Shown: positions 13,060 to 26,199 of the stretch, one piece after another
Layout of the letters: every line of letters begins with the position of its first letter
Numbering within the stretch: position 1 is the first letter of the stretch
From: Marsupella aquatica
Lineage: Eukaryota; Plantae; Marchantiophyta
Assembly: GCA_973895155.1 (NCBI GenBank)
Contig: OZ316898.1
Coordinates: 21,478,122-21,542,121, forward strand
Reading direction: 5' to 3'
DNA length: 64,000 bases
The notes under the pieces: generated by a model
What the model was told of the DNA's origin: nothing
The model's database searches: none
What the model saw: only the letters and a program-made list of their open reading frames with translations
Program-made: the position numbers and the translations under genes

Positions 13060-14380
13060 CACTACTGTCGTGTGAGTGGCTGCCCCTTGGGCACACATCC
13101 ATCAGGATTTGTTTTGGCACATTTTTACTCTTCGGACAGTTTTCATAACTGATGTGATTCACACACCCTAAACAGAACGAAAGCGGAGAGCAAGTTTTCA
13201 AATTCCATCTGTTTGTAACGGCCGAGTAAAGTTACATCATCAGTTATCAATGTTTTCCATCAGTCGACCTGATATTAGTCGCCACGTCATCTTAGAGAGG
13301 CCGCCAAGTTGGGGTGCAGAAAAAAAATGCGAAAAAAAAAACTTTTGCGCATCTCAGCTAGGGCAGCTGAGATTGACTCAATCTCAACTGACCTCGCCGA
13401 GATTGGCGTAAGGCCAAAAAAAATGAAAAAAATTAATTAATTTTGTTTCCAAAAATTCTCAAAAAAAAAAATTCCCCAAAAATATTTTTTTCACTATGGG
13501 TGTCCGTACCGTACGGACATCGGACTATCTCGGCGGGTCTCGCCGAGATGCGATAGTCCGATGTCCGTACGGTACAGACACCGAATTTTGTCGGAATTTT
13601 TTTTAAGATTTTGTTTTTTTGAGAATTTTTGAAAAAAAAATTTTAATTTTTTTTCTTCATTTTTTTTGTCCTTACGCCGATCTCGGCGAGGTCAGCTGAG
13701 ATGCGCGAAAGTGCGAAGGCCCTATCTCAGCTGCTCAGCTGAGATTCAGAAATTTCAAGGCGACCAAACTGATATCAGTTATCAGCCACTGATAACTGAT
13801 GATCCTCGCTACCCCGTAACGGCCCACAATTTCAGGTTATGGGTCAGGTTATTGGCCAGTCAAGTATTTGCACTGTTTATCCTTGCGGTATGGCATGCTC
13901 GGAAGTTTCATGTTTGGAGTTAGGTGTTCCAGTTTAGGATCTGCCCAAACAATCTTTGAGCTACGTCCCCAATGACTGTCATGCCCAAATTATGACATAA
14001 TTCATGAACAGAGTTCATCGCATCACGAATGCAATGTACCCCAAAGAAACTAAACGACGTCACGCGGACTATCAGTTTGGTGTAATCTGATTTTTGTAGG
14101 ACACATTGATCCGAATGCATATTCTCCCACAATGTTCAAATTCACCGTGTCGGAAAGTGTGGTGCACAACTCTAGCTGTATAGCGACACGAAATGAACTA
14201 GTGGCACAGATTGTCATTTTTTCGTGTTATTTGTGTTTTGTCCTGTTCTCTCTAAACTATTGTCGTGTGAGTGGCTGCCCTTCGGCGTGCATCCACCAGG
14301 GTTGTTCCCTGACGTATTTTCTACTTTTGGGACACTTTTCAAAACTGATGTGATTTACACACCCTAAACTGAATGAAAGC
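13060..14380 (+). repeat. Dispersed repeat family (blocks at 13060-13200 and 14100-14380; also 25325-25670)
   Basis: Shared motifs gtgtgagtggctgccc and gatgtgattcacacaccctaaac, plus gcacaactctagctg. Confidence 0.75.
13224..13815. mobile_element. Mutator-like foldback MITE (592 bp)
   Basis: 9-bp TSD GTAACGGCC at 13215-13223 and 13816-13824, G...C ends, nested inverted arms centred at ~13538. Confidence 0.9.
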
Positions 14381-14999
14381 GTCTCATCAAAATAATTATT
14401 GCGGAAGAAGGTCTGCTTGACAAGCCATTTTCGGCGGAATTTGTTTTGGCGGAGCTGGACGGTTGATTGTTTTTCCCTGTTTTCAGGAATAGTGCTCTTT
14501 GTTGGTATTTTACTGCAGTTCCTGTGTTCGGTGTTGCGGATGTTTAAGTTTCGGTTCGAAGTTTTGAAATTGGTCGGGCTTATGGGGGGGATCATACCCC
14601 AAACCCTACACCCTTTTGACTCTTGTTGACATCTTTGGCTCTTGAGCGTATGGTCTGTGTATTATTTGAATTCATGGGCAGAAGTAGGGCTTCACTATGA
14701 TGGGAGTTGTAGTTTGAAGGTCTGGGGGTTCGGAGGGTTGTGTTCATCATCTGATGAAGTGATGGAGTTGGGATAGCGTGATGGATATGAGAAGATTTAA
14801 ACCACGGGAGTCAGACGGATGGAGACAACAACAACAACATCGTGATCACAAGCCTTCTCCCTAAACTCCAATTTCAGTGAGTCGAATCGGGAAGACGTTA
14901 ATTGTCGTACATCAAGGGTGGATAGGCGAGGTGAAGGAACGTTGGAATGGGGGAATGGGAGCAAACGGTTGGAGACAACCTCTACCACTCCGTTACATT

Positions 15000-16320
15000 T
15001 GGGAGTTTATTCAGGACTCCAAATTTATATAGCACCTGGGGTTTTTGAAGAGCTACAACAACCAGAATAAAGTGGTTCTATGTTTTGAGGGTGTTGTGAA
15101 TATCAGGAAAGGCGAGCGGAGGAGTGGATTGACTGGACATTTTTGAACCGCCTGCGAATGCACTGTTTGTCGTAACTGTGATTGACGAGAATTCAATTAA
15201 TACTGTTAAGGCTCTTATCGATCTTGTCTTCTCCTCTCATTATAGCCGAGCATAAAGTGCAACGTGCTAACCTGGCAAACTTGAATGCAAAATCCTTGTT
15301 GATTGAGTATAGGCAGGTGGCTGTAAAGGCCTTCTCCCCTGATTTTGATTTGAAGAAGCCGATTGCATTCAAATACTTGGTTACATCTCAAATTGCTAAA
15401 GCAAATCAACTTCGTTTGTGCATTTTGGATTGGGTGTTTCGGAAGATTGGTAAAGTGACTCAAAGATTTCTGTGTAATGGGGTTTGATAAGCACCGGTTT
15501 ATTGTGTTAGTGGAAACTAAACCGCGGTGTGGACATCAACCATTGCATTGTCTTTCCTCTTAGTGACACGATTGAGAAAGGTTATATCGAGTTCGATACT
15601 GTTGATAAGCAACCTCGGTGCTCACATTGCTTTTCACCAACGCACTCAGCCAGTGGATGCTTTGAAGGAGGAGATAGTGAGAAGAAAAATCACTTGATAT
15701 TGAATCAAGGGGCGAGGGACAATTCTTTACGAAAGATTCAGTGTCAGGAGAGGGATCCTCAGTACGGGTCATGTAATCGGATTACAGTAACACTGGGGCA
15801 GACAGTAATCCACATGCACAGGATCATTCTGAGGCACAACCAGCGTGGAAGTCGTGGAAGTCTTCTTCTAGTCACCCCCTCCAGGTCCATTGACTCAGCG
15901 ACTGCTTTGAAATTGGTTATCTCCATCACAAGCTAATCGGACTATATTCACGGAAAGAAGGATCGCTCAGAGAATAAAGAGGAGGTAGTGAAGGGGAAAG
16001 TTGTGTCTGTATCTGACAATTCGGAGCTGGAAACACTGTTGGGGTCCCGGGAGAACTTTAGGGTGGAAAATCTGGACTCACAATCATTATCGGGAGATGC
16101 TAGGGCTACTCCTGGTGATAACCAGAAGGGTAACTACCAATTTCTTCAATCTGGCTGAAGAAGAAGATCGTATTCAAACGGCGTATCTAAAAGATCAGGA
16201 GGTGGCTTTACAGAAGTGGCAGGTGACGAAAATCAATCGACGGAACAAACAATTGGCTCCGACAAAAAATTTGAAGAAGAAAAGTAGCGATGATAAGGTC
16301 TGCTTCATACCTCTTGGCCT
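15000..16320 (+). pseudogene. Degenerate non-LTR (L1-type) ORF1 with DUF4283-like region and zinc knuckle
   Basis: CSHCFSPTHSASGC (CX2CX4HX4C) at 15619-15660; VKAFSPDFDLKKP segment resembles the 44390-45430 remnant; stops and frameshifts present. Confidence 0.7.
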
Positions 16321-16859
16321 CTCATATCTCATACTACAGTAGATTCTCAAGGGAGTTTTTGATCGTATTGTGGTGGAGCCGTGGTCGTTTGCAGTGGGGT
16401 TCTTGGGTAATCTCAACAAGTTTAGATGAAGCTTCACATCGTTTCACACAATGTGCAGGGTGTATGCATTATTTCTAAAGTTTGCTTAATATTCATCCAT
16501 GCTTTCGTACCAGATTTGGAAGGAGGCAGACTTATTTTTCTGTCCTGCTACAGATGGTCATGGGAATGGGATAACTGCACCACAGAATAAATAATCACCA
16601 CTAATAGATCTGGATTCCTTATTCACATGTAATCTCAAGACCATTGAAGATCACAAAGGGAGAATACCGTTGAAACTGAACAAAGGGAATTTCATATTCA
16701 AAAGTTTAAAACGGAAATACATGTCATCTTCCACGGACACAGCCACGAACGGCAGCAGCTAATGTCGTCATCTTACCTACAAACTATGGTTGGTGAAACA
16801 GATCCCTATACTGAAAAACACAGACACTTGTCGAAGCGAGCTCAAAATCCATCTTTCAT

Positions 16860-18162
16860 CTAAAAAAATTCCCATGGACCTTGCGAATAATCGGCAGGGT
16901 GTGCCACAGTTAGTGGTTGAGGTGCACTACATCCCACTGTCACAATTTCCTCGTTGACCTTCCAAGCTTCACCAGGTTCAATGTTAGGCTGCTTGTTTTT
17001 GTTGTAGACGCATCCACGGGCAAGTACAGGCTGATCGGTAATGGGGGATGTCTGCTTCGACCGCTTGCGCTTCATCATAGCAGGGGCTTGAATGGCATGG
17101 TGTCGTGACCTGACAGGTGCACACCCACCAGTGGGTTCTTCATTCCTCCATTGTTCCCTAGTTCCGTCAGTGGCTTTTGATGTTGGGAAGTTGGTGTGGT
17201 GCGCTCGTATGCGCTCAGGGTCATTGGGTGGCAAGTAGGGCCTTTGAGCGTGGTCATACTCCTGCTCTTCGGGCCCATCAGAGTCGTCATGAATATCCAT
17301 CTCGAGATGTCCCTGCACAAATGTATGTACAGGAAATCGATATGTCAGCAAATTAAGGCCTTCCGCAAGTCGTTGGGTTTCCGAAACATCAGGCTACAAA
17401 TGAAATACTGGAAATGCTTGTAGACGGTACTTTCGCAACTGATTCATCATGGGTGAATGACAAAGCTCGATTTGCTTTGTATACATCATCCCTAATCTGC
17501 TGTAGCCATGACACTTTGTGCTTTCGTTTCCATATTTCATAACTTGTTTTGGCAGCGGCCCTCTCCTCCATATGTTCATCAGAGTGCTCCCACTGCAACA
17601 GCCTTTGTTTGGCATCAATCCACAACAGCGCAAGCTGAGAGTGCTCCCTAAGACACTGTTTTGTGCCTTCGTCCATGTCCTCGAACCATTTCGATGTAAT
17701 GAGGCCCAAAGCACCCAAATGGACCTTCAGGCCGAGGTCATTGAAATATGCTTGGCTGCACATTGGCTCGTCACTGCCAATGTTTGACTCACGCCACCTT
17801 TGTACCCATTCACTGACAGTGTTACCCGTTGCGGCCTTTCGAATCAAAGCCCTTACTGTTCGACATTGCACCTCATCCAACAAGCAATCCCAGGCAACCA
17901 TGTTCATCTCTGGAATGACAGCGTGTTTCATCAGTTCTATCAAAGGAGGTGGACTGCCAAAGTCAGAGGGTGATGCCTTCATGTTATGCATGAGCTTGGC
18001 ATTTTCATTGAGGCTGGTCCTAACGGAGGTCTTCCGAATGTTCCAAATATCCTTCACTCGGGCAGTGAAAGGATAATAATGCCAGAAATATGGATTCATT
18101 GTTACCAACTTATTGAAAGACTCTCCGGAAGATAGGATACAATTGACAGTCGAGTGAGGCAG
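16860..18162 (-). CDS. Spliced gene fragment of unknown function (exons ~18162-17431 and 17312-~16870)
   Basis: 239-aa and 163-aa ORFs are joined in frame by a GT-AG intron at 17430-17313 (phase 0: VAK|GHLEM). Confidence 0.5.
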
Positions 18163-19009
18163 CTACATTCGATTTGTCATGAAGCAGTCGACAACAACAA
18201 TGCAGACCCAGAGATACATCGAGACTCTTAATACCTCCTCAACACCTCACAGAGTACCTAAGCAACACAAATTCATCATCATTATTCACAGCGTCCGCCT
18301 TTCCCCGTACCTTGGCGCGCATTCAACATGGAGGACCTACTCATTAGTACACAAGTAGTACTCGCAAGGCAAGAGATCCCGATTCGCGATGAAAGGCAAT
18401 CTCGAGGCTCATTATGAGCCTCGGGTACACACCTGCCTTTTACATATTTTTTCGAATGTTAATAGCGTGAATGATCCCCACTTTTTGGGTGGGGTGAATG
18501 TTAAAATGCATTCTTTGATACAACCAATTCGAACCCGGGACCTCCTCATCCCTACCATTGAGTCTCTCCACAATTATACTCGAGATTGAGTTTCGTCCTT
18601 AATAGATCCCGGGGCCAAACACTCTGAAATATTCAGATGGACACAAACAAAAGTTTGGGAGGGAGAATGAAGTGCATTATATAGCATGTTCATCCTGGAA
18701 CATGTTTTGTTTTTTCGTCTTGTATATATGTAATTCATTTAAATAGGGAGATGTAAATATATCTACAACTATAATAAGGGATCCCACCTTTTTTCGTCCT
18801 TGGTCACCATACAAAAAAGCTTCTGGGCGGGAAATATCCACAGCCGTTGGATTTGATTACATGTTTTTGCTCACCATTGATGAGAGAAATGTACACCCCT
18901 ATCACGTATTTGCTTCCCGCTGCCCCATAATGCCCCCGGCCAATCCCTATGGGCTTGTATGCACTTAAAATCACATTATGACCAAGAAAGTACAAAGTAC
19001 TAAAGAGTT

Positions 19010-19230
19010 GAGTTGTGCACAAATTCATTTGAGAAAAAAGAGAATTCACTAAAGACTGATTGAAAAGGAAAGATAAAACCTTTATGAGGAGAGCCAAATA
19101 CATTCAAAATACTCTAAGTTCACTAAAATTAAGTTAATGCAAATGATCTACCTTGTTAAGGCACATTAAAGTCAAAATACTTGACACAAAATATGAATGA
19201 AACAAAATCTGTAAAATTATAGCAGCTTCA
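19010..19230 (+). repeat. Solitary copy of the long-TIR sequence at 28770-29252/30457-30921
   Basis: tttatgaggagagccaaatacatt...aagttcactaaaat...ccttgttaag is shared with ~30760-30870. Confidence 0.75.
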
Positions 19231-21039
19231 TAACAGTCTTGAATCCATCTAGAATGAAACTGCTATAATGGTGAATCCATCTTCCAGTATTTTGTCTTCT
19301 TCAAACTTATTTTCTTCTGTATTTTAATTCAATGTGACTTACCAAGGTGCATCCCTTGTATACTTTAAATTTTGAATTTAATCTGGCACCCCTGTAAATT
19401 TTTCATTATTAGATATACTTTTGATCATCCACCCCCTTTAACAACGCTCACGGAAGTTCTAGCCCTTAGTCAAGAATAAATGATCTAATTAAAGTGCACT
19501 CCTCATGTCTTTAAGTTTTACTCATGGGCTTGTGTCGTACATTTATGGTTTTAATTCATTTGAGTGTCATTTCCTAAGATAAGTACATAAGTATCTTTAC
19601 TGGTGTATAGTATGTGCAGACCCAATACCATAGACTTAAATTTTTCCTGTTCATTGTTACTTTTCTTTACATGTGTACCTTTATTCTTGTACCTTATGTG
19701 CCCAACTTTTCAATGTCACGCTTCCTAATCAATGTCCTATTTATATTTGCCACAAAAAAATAGATCACCTGTATTTCACTAAAAAACTTAACCCTAAACC
19801 CCTTTTTAGTGAAATACATATGTTAGAGGACAACATAACTTTTCATGTTCCAGGATGAGTATGCTATTGAAACTGAAATACAACGAAACCGTGCAAGAAA
19901 ACTGTCTGTCATCCCAAATGTCACATTCAAAGTTAATTTTCAAAGCACAAAATTCGCTGCGTTGTACGGTGGAGGACTGAAGACAAAGACCACGGTGGAT
20001 GCTCTCAAGATTCCTGTAATGGTGCTCCGTACGGGGTTAATAAAGGCTAATCGCATTGATTAGCCTCGATGTTGCCTTTCGTTCTTAATTAATTGGTAGG
20101 CCACATTCCAATGTGGTAGGCCACCGTCCTAAATTAGTTACTTAAATTAGACCCTGAGGTGAGCTATGTTATAGGGTAGGCACATGTGAGGGAATGTGTA
20201 GCATGAGAGAATACACAATATTCTTGTTTGACTTGACCAAGGATCCAAGGGGATGCCACTCCATGTATTTTAAACCCTAAACCCCTCACTACTCAATGAC
20301 ATATACACCGGATTTCCATATTCTTGGGCTCGTGGATTTTTAACATGGTATAAGAGCCTTGTTGCATTACTTCTGAATTGTGGGACTTCATATTAATTTC
20401 TTTTGAGGAGAGGATAGTTGGTCTAGAGAGAAGATTCCCCTCTAGAACTACTTTAATCAAATTTGAAGAAATTAAAATTGGACTCAATTCCCTACCAATT
20501 GATGAGAAAAGTTTTTGGGAGCAAGCTACGTCGGGCAGCAAGACATTTTTTTTGTTTGGGGGGGGGGCAGTTGAGACCAAATCTAAGCATGATTAGAGGG
20601 CATTTCAGATGGAGCAGAGTTTGTTCAATTCACTTTCTGGGAGAGAGGGTGCTTGATCTCAAATTTGGTTTTTTGGCATTGTGAAGAATGTGACGAGGCA
20701 GATGCAACAAAGAGCGCGCGTTCCGAGTAGGTCATCTACAATACAACCGAGCAACAGACAAAATGTGTTCTATTTTATAAAGAAAATATATAGACCTATT
20801 TTATAAAGAAAATATTCCTAGAATATTCTCTATTTTTAATAGTAATGACCTATTTTACTTTATAAACTGTATATATTAACAAATATTCTATAAACATGAG
20901 TTTATAATACCTTCTTTTGCCTCCTACGCTTTTTAAAAATTTAGTTCAGTTCTATCCAAAATACCTATTTTGGATCGCACGTGGTTCCTAAGATTTTTTA
21001 TAGTCAACCCCCCGGGCAAACAACTCCAACGTACACCCC

Positions 21040-24000
21040 AACAAAAGATGAATTGGAAGAGTCGGATCACAAAGACAACAAGGCACTTCAAATTCTGACA
21101 CAAGGCATGGAAAATTCACATTCAAGCACATCATATTAGTAGTGCCAAGACTGCTGCAGAAGCATGGTCAACACTTTTAAACATGTTTGAAGCAAGTGAT
21201 AACCAAGATGTATCTTCATGACAAGTTGGCCACTCTGAAGATGAAGGAACGAGAAAGTGTCATAAAGGCTTTTGAAGCAACTTAATGGGGCGGGAGCATC
21301 AGTGTCAGATGAGGATGCATGATTGACACTCATGAGGAGCATGCCTCAAAGTTGGAGGGTGGAAATCATTCCTCTAAGGAGGGATACAACTCTTACTCTT
21401 CCGTCCTTGATTGCATATCTACTACAAGAGGAAACGATGCAAAAAACGGAGGACTTGGCAGGGTTGACAACAACGCTTTACATTGACTCAAGGCTAGGGA
21501 AATCTACCATCTCACAAGATAGTAATTTTGGGAAGGCAAGCACCTCCCAAAAACCATGGAAGGAGAAAGCTTCCAAGATGAAATGTCACTTTTGTAAACG
21601 GAAAGGACATTTTATTCGTGACTGCAGAGCAAGGATAGCCAAGGAGGGAAATGATGCAAGAAGGTTCAAGCGAAATCAGTCATACATAAGTTGTATGTGG
21701 CAAACTCCAGAAATTCCAGTGAAGGGGATTCAAGTTGCATTGGTATGTGGACACAGCGGCAACCCAACATATGGCGCATCATTGAGAAAGCTTTGTGGAG
21801 TACATAGCTTGGGATCATGCCCAAGTAGTGTATTTGGGAGATGATTCGACCTTGCAGATTGTTGGAGTGTGAAGTGTTCCCATTAAACTCCATGATGGTT
21901 CAGTGAGGATGGTGGAAAAGGTGCTTCATGTACCTTGTCTCACAAAGCACCTATTTTCAGTGAACCAACTTGATGAAGAACGAGGAGATCGAGGCTATCA
22001 TCAAGAAAGGTTCATGTGCTTTGAAGAGTCCAAGTGGCTCTATCATTAGTACTTGCTTTACTGTGAACAAGTTAATATATAAACTTGGTGTAACTGTAAG
22101 CCTCCATACTGCAAATATTGCTATCGCAACAAGTGACTGCGGAGATGTGGCATAAAAGGCTTGGCCACATCAATGAAGCTAGAATGCATCAACTGCAAGA
22201 CCACAACATGGTGGAAGGCATTGGTAAATTCGATGGCAGGAGTTTCTTTGTCTAATTGCGGAGCGTGTGCAAAGGCAAACTCTACAAAGCTGAAATTTCC
22301 GAAGGGTGGAAGATCCAAGGCAACTGAACTTCTTGCCTTAGTTCATTCAGATATTTGTGGCCTAGTTCGCCCTTCCACTCATTTGTTGAGCATAGACGAC
22401 AATTGCAACGGTAAGCACATGACACATCCAACGCTCAAGTAGTCGACATTTAGGGTTACGTGGTTTACCTCCTTGAGGCTACGTCCAGGCACCGGAACAC
22501 ACAAGAGAGCTTTACTGAACTCTAAGCCCGTCGGCTATACCAAGTCTCCACAGTGTAAGCTCTCCTCATCTCTCAAGTGGCTCCATAACAATGAGCCTAA
22601 GTTCCACTTATCCAAGCAAACACCGCTTGGCATATAGTGTGCATCCTAGTTAACCTAACCACGACTACGGTTAGTCTAACTATGGTTACATGTCGTACCC
22701 CTAGACCTTGAGTAAATACCTAACATCATTCAGGCTATGTCTACTTCATCACATTCATTGATGATTTCTCGAGATATTTTACCATATGTATATATATATA
22801 TATTTATCTTGAGGCACAAGTCAGAAGCCTTTGACAAATTCAAAGAGTTCAAAGTTGTTGCAGAAACACAAACCGGCAAAAAGGTTAAATAAGGTGTTGC
22901 TGTCTGACAATGGAGGAGAGTACAAGTTGACAACCTTTGACCTATTTTGCAAGGAACATGGGATTGCAAGGCAATTTATAGCTAGTTGCAGAGACTCCTC
23001 AACGAAATGGAGTAGCTGAGAGAAAGAATAGAACACTAGTACGTGGAGGCAGTTCTATCCTTGTTGAATCATTCAGGTCTGTCTAGATCCTATTGGGGGG
23101 AAGCTATTCATACAGCCAACTACCTTCAAAATTAAATCGAACACCCACAAAAGCACTAGATGCGGACAAGACACCATATGAGCTTTGGTATGGGAGAAAA
23201 CCAAACTTGGCACATGTTAGGGTTTTTGGATGTAGAGCACATCTTAACATCAACATAAACCATCAAGGGAAGTTTGACAATCATGCAGAAGATTGCATCT
23301 TTTTGGGATATCCAGAAGTCTCCACATCAAGAGATGTCTATAGGGTTTAACAAACAACGGATCCCAAGGTGATTGTGGCAAGAGATGTTCGATTTAAAGA
23401 AGACCAGCTTGGTGGAAAAGGACCAGTTACCTCAGAGTTGGATGATCCCGTGCTATTTTTCACTTCCAATAGCACCAGCACCAACACCATCTCTAGTGGG
23501 AGCACCAGTGCTAGCACCGGCACCAGGTCTAGTGGGAGCACCAGCACTAGCACCAGTGGTAGCACCGGCCTTAGCTCAAGTGGGAGCTAATGCACCTCAT
23601 GTTAGAGAAGAGGCTACTGAAATTTCAAGCACATGAAAGAGGATCACAACCAAGTAGTCTGTCCACAACCACATCCAGGTCCAGGTCTACAGAATCATTT
23701 GCAACACCTTTTGATGAATTCTCAGAACCAGAATTTGGAAGGGGAAAGAGGAAGAAGATACCAACGAGGAGATATGGTTTTGACTCTGATTCAGCTATTG
23801 TGGCCTTAGTGACTGAATCTGGTCCAAGAATGGTGGAACCTACTTCTTTGAAGGAGGCACTTACAAGACCAGATGCAGAGCAATGGAGGAAAGCCATTAA
23901 TGATGAGTTAGACTCATTGAAGAAAAACAACACATGGACCATAGTCAAGCTTCCTCAAAATTGAAAGGCGGTGGGCTGCAAGTGGGTATTCAAGTTGAAG

Positions 24001-24772
24001 TACAACCTGGATGGAAGTTTTGCAAGATACAAAGCTAGACTTGTAGCCAAAGGCTACCCCCAAGTCTATGGGGTTGATTACTTGGATACTTTTTCACCAG
24101 TAGTGAAAATCACATCTATAAGGCTCATTCTATCCTTGGTGGCCTTTTATGACCTTTAGGCCATCCTTTTAGATGTGAAGACAACATTTCTGAATGGTAT
24201 ATTCACGAAACCAATCTACATGGAGTTGCCTGAAGGATTAGAGTGGTTGGAGATAATTCTTGACCCTAAAATGGTATGTCTCCTACTGAGGGCATTATAT
24301 GGCCTCAAGCAATCCTCTAGGTTATGGTATAAGAGTTTAAGGTCTCTTTCTTGTTAAGCATAGGCTTTAGAAAGTGCATAGCTGACTCAAATGTGTACTA
24401 TTATGAGTGAGGAGGAAACTTTTTGATATTAGCTCTATATGTTGATGATTCCATACTTGCAAGCAATGACACCAACATATTAGCTGAAGTCAAAAAGACA
24501 CTCATGAGAATTGCAAGGCAGTGCATACTCCAGTTGAGTTGGGCTTAAAGCTAAGTAAGGAGGATAGCCCACAAACTCATGATGAAAAGTTACAGATGGA
24601 GACTGTACCATACCAGAATGCAGTTGGAAGCCTCATGTGGGCTATCATCTACACAAGGCCCGACTTATCCTATGCAGTTGGGTCAATGGCACAATTCATG
24701 TCCAATCCAGGTCCAAAACATTGGATGGCTGTGAAGCCAATTTTTTGGTACTTGAAGGGCACAACTATTTTA
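21040..24772 (+). mobile_element. Decayed Ty1/copia gag-pol (gag, zinc knuckle, protease, integrase, RT), 3'-truncated before RNase H
   Basis: Motifs [74 protein letters not shown] and LYVDD in copia order; many stops and frameshifts; no LTRs found. Confidence 0.95.
22384..22725. mobile_element. Solo LTR (342 bp) inserted in the copia integrase
   Basis: TGTTG...TAACA termini and TSD TCATT; removing it restores ICGLVRPSTH-SGYVYFITFIDD. Confidence 0.95.
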
Positions 24773-24958
24773 GCGATCCACGGTACAGGCAGTTCAAGAG
24801 AAGGGCACGTTGGGGATGATTTACTCACGGTCGTGGATTCCAGTCAGCCAACTGCAATTGGTCCACGTAGTGATTGTTTTGTTGATACCCAACAAGTGCA
24901 TAATATGGCGAAGTATGCTTGAAAAGTCTCCACTGTAATATCCGCTCCAATTAAACAA

Positions 24959-25186
24959 ATGGAATGTAGGGAAGAATACTTACGGGAGTCTATTCAATCC
25001 CTCACAGCGCGATATACTTCAGATTTAGAAATATCAAGTAAACCCGCTTTAAAGCAACGAGAGTCGGAAATCATGCTGGAATTGAAGAGTGTTTTGAAGC
25101 AACGAGAGTCGAAGATGTTGGAACTGAAGAGTGCTTTAAAGCAACGAGAGTTGCAGATATTGGAATTAAGGAGTATGCCAATACAG
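24959..25186 (+). pseudogene. Coiled-coil gene fragment with three 14-15-aa repeats (LKQRES..MLELKS) abutting the truncated copia RT
   Basis: ORF track shows the repeats; possible donor site cag|gtaac at 25187. Confidence 0.4.
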
Positions 25187-26199
25187 GTAACAGTATCCAT
25201 AACTCGGGCAAATTGTACACTTTCATGCACGAATTTGAGTTTCCAGAATACCTGCTAGTTCATTTAAGAACGAGAACCGTGTAAATCAGGTTGCTGTCTT
25301 TAATTCATCTTTTTGTAACAGCGCACATCACATGGATCCGAACGTATATCCCCCCGTGACGTTTGAAGGCACCATGTCGCAAAGCACAAATTGTCAGTTT
25401 TCCCTATTATTTGTGTTCTCTGTCTGGTTTTCTCTACGCTATTGTCATGTGAGATGCTGCCCTTCGGAGTGTGAGTTGTTTCCGGCGCATTTTTTAACTT
25501 TTGGGATTAGTTTTCAGTACTAATGTGATTCACACACCATAAACTCAACGAAAGTAGTGACCAATTTTATTGGATCACATCACATGGATCCGAACCGTGA
25601 CGTTTTAAGGCACCATGTTGGAAAGTGCGACGCACAACTGTAGCTGAATAGTGACAAGAAATCAACTAGTAGGGAGCCCGGATACGGCAACGGACTCAAC
25701 CTTGTTTAGTGTTTAGGGTTTAGGGTTTGTATACATGTATATCTTTTGCTCGCCAAATCACCCCTAAATTCTACACCCAGACCGGGTGTCGCAAACAAGC
25801 CCAAGCCGGAATTGAATAGCCAAACACTCGTAAACTGAAACATTCCAACTGTAACTGAAACTATTCAGCAAGACACATACCCGAGCAATGAAACAGTGAC
25901 AAACTCCTCACAGAAGCACCCTAAACTGTAGTGCACTACGACACTAACAAACTACCAAGTAAAACACTTGAATACCATATACAAAGGAATTGCAGCGTAT
26001 CCTTTACTGATTGCAAAACTCATCCAAGCAGGTGAAAGGTTCCGTATTCTCTACATGCAGCTCAGATAAATCTGATGCCCCCTAAATCCTAAAGCCTCGG
26101 GTTGTATGCCACGCTGCGAAGGTGTCCCTCAACCCTAAAGCTCCAAAAATGCTACCTCCATTACCATGAAAGTGTAATTGGTGACAGACACATTACCCC

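Noticed and set aside
18380-18440. Hammerhead ribozyme
   Set aside because: No CTGANGA core in the required position
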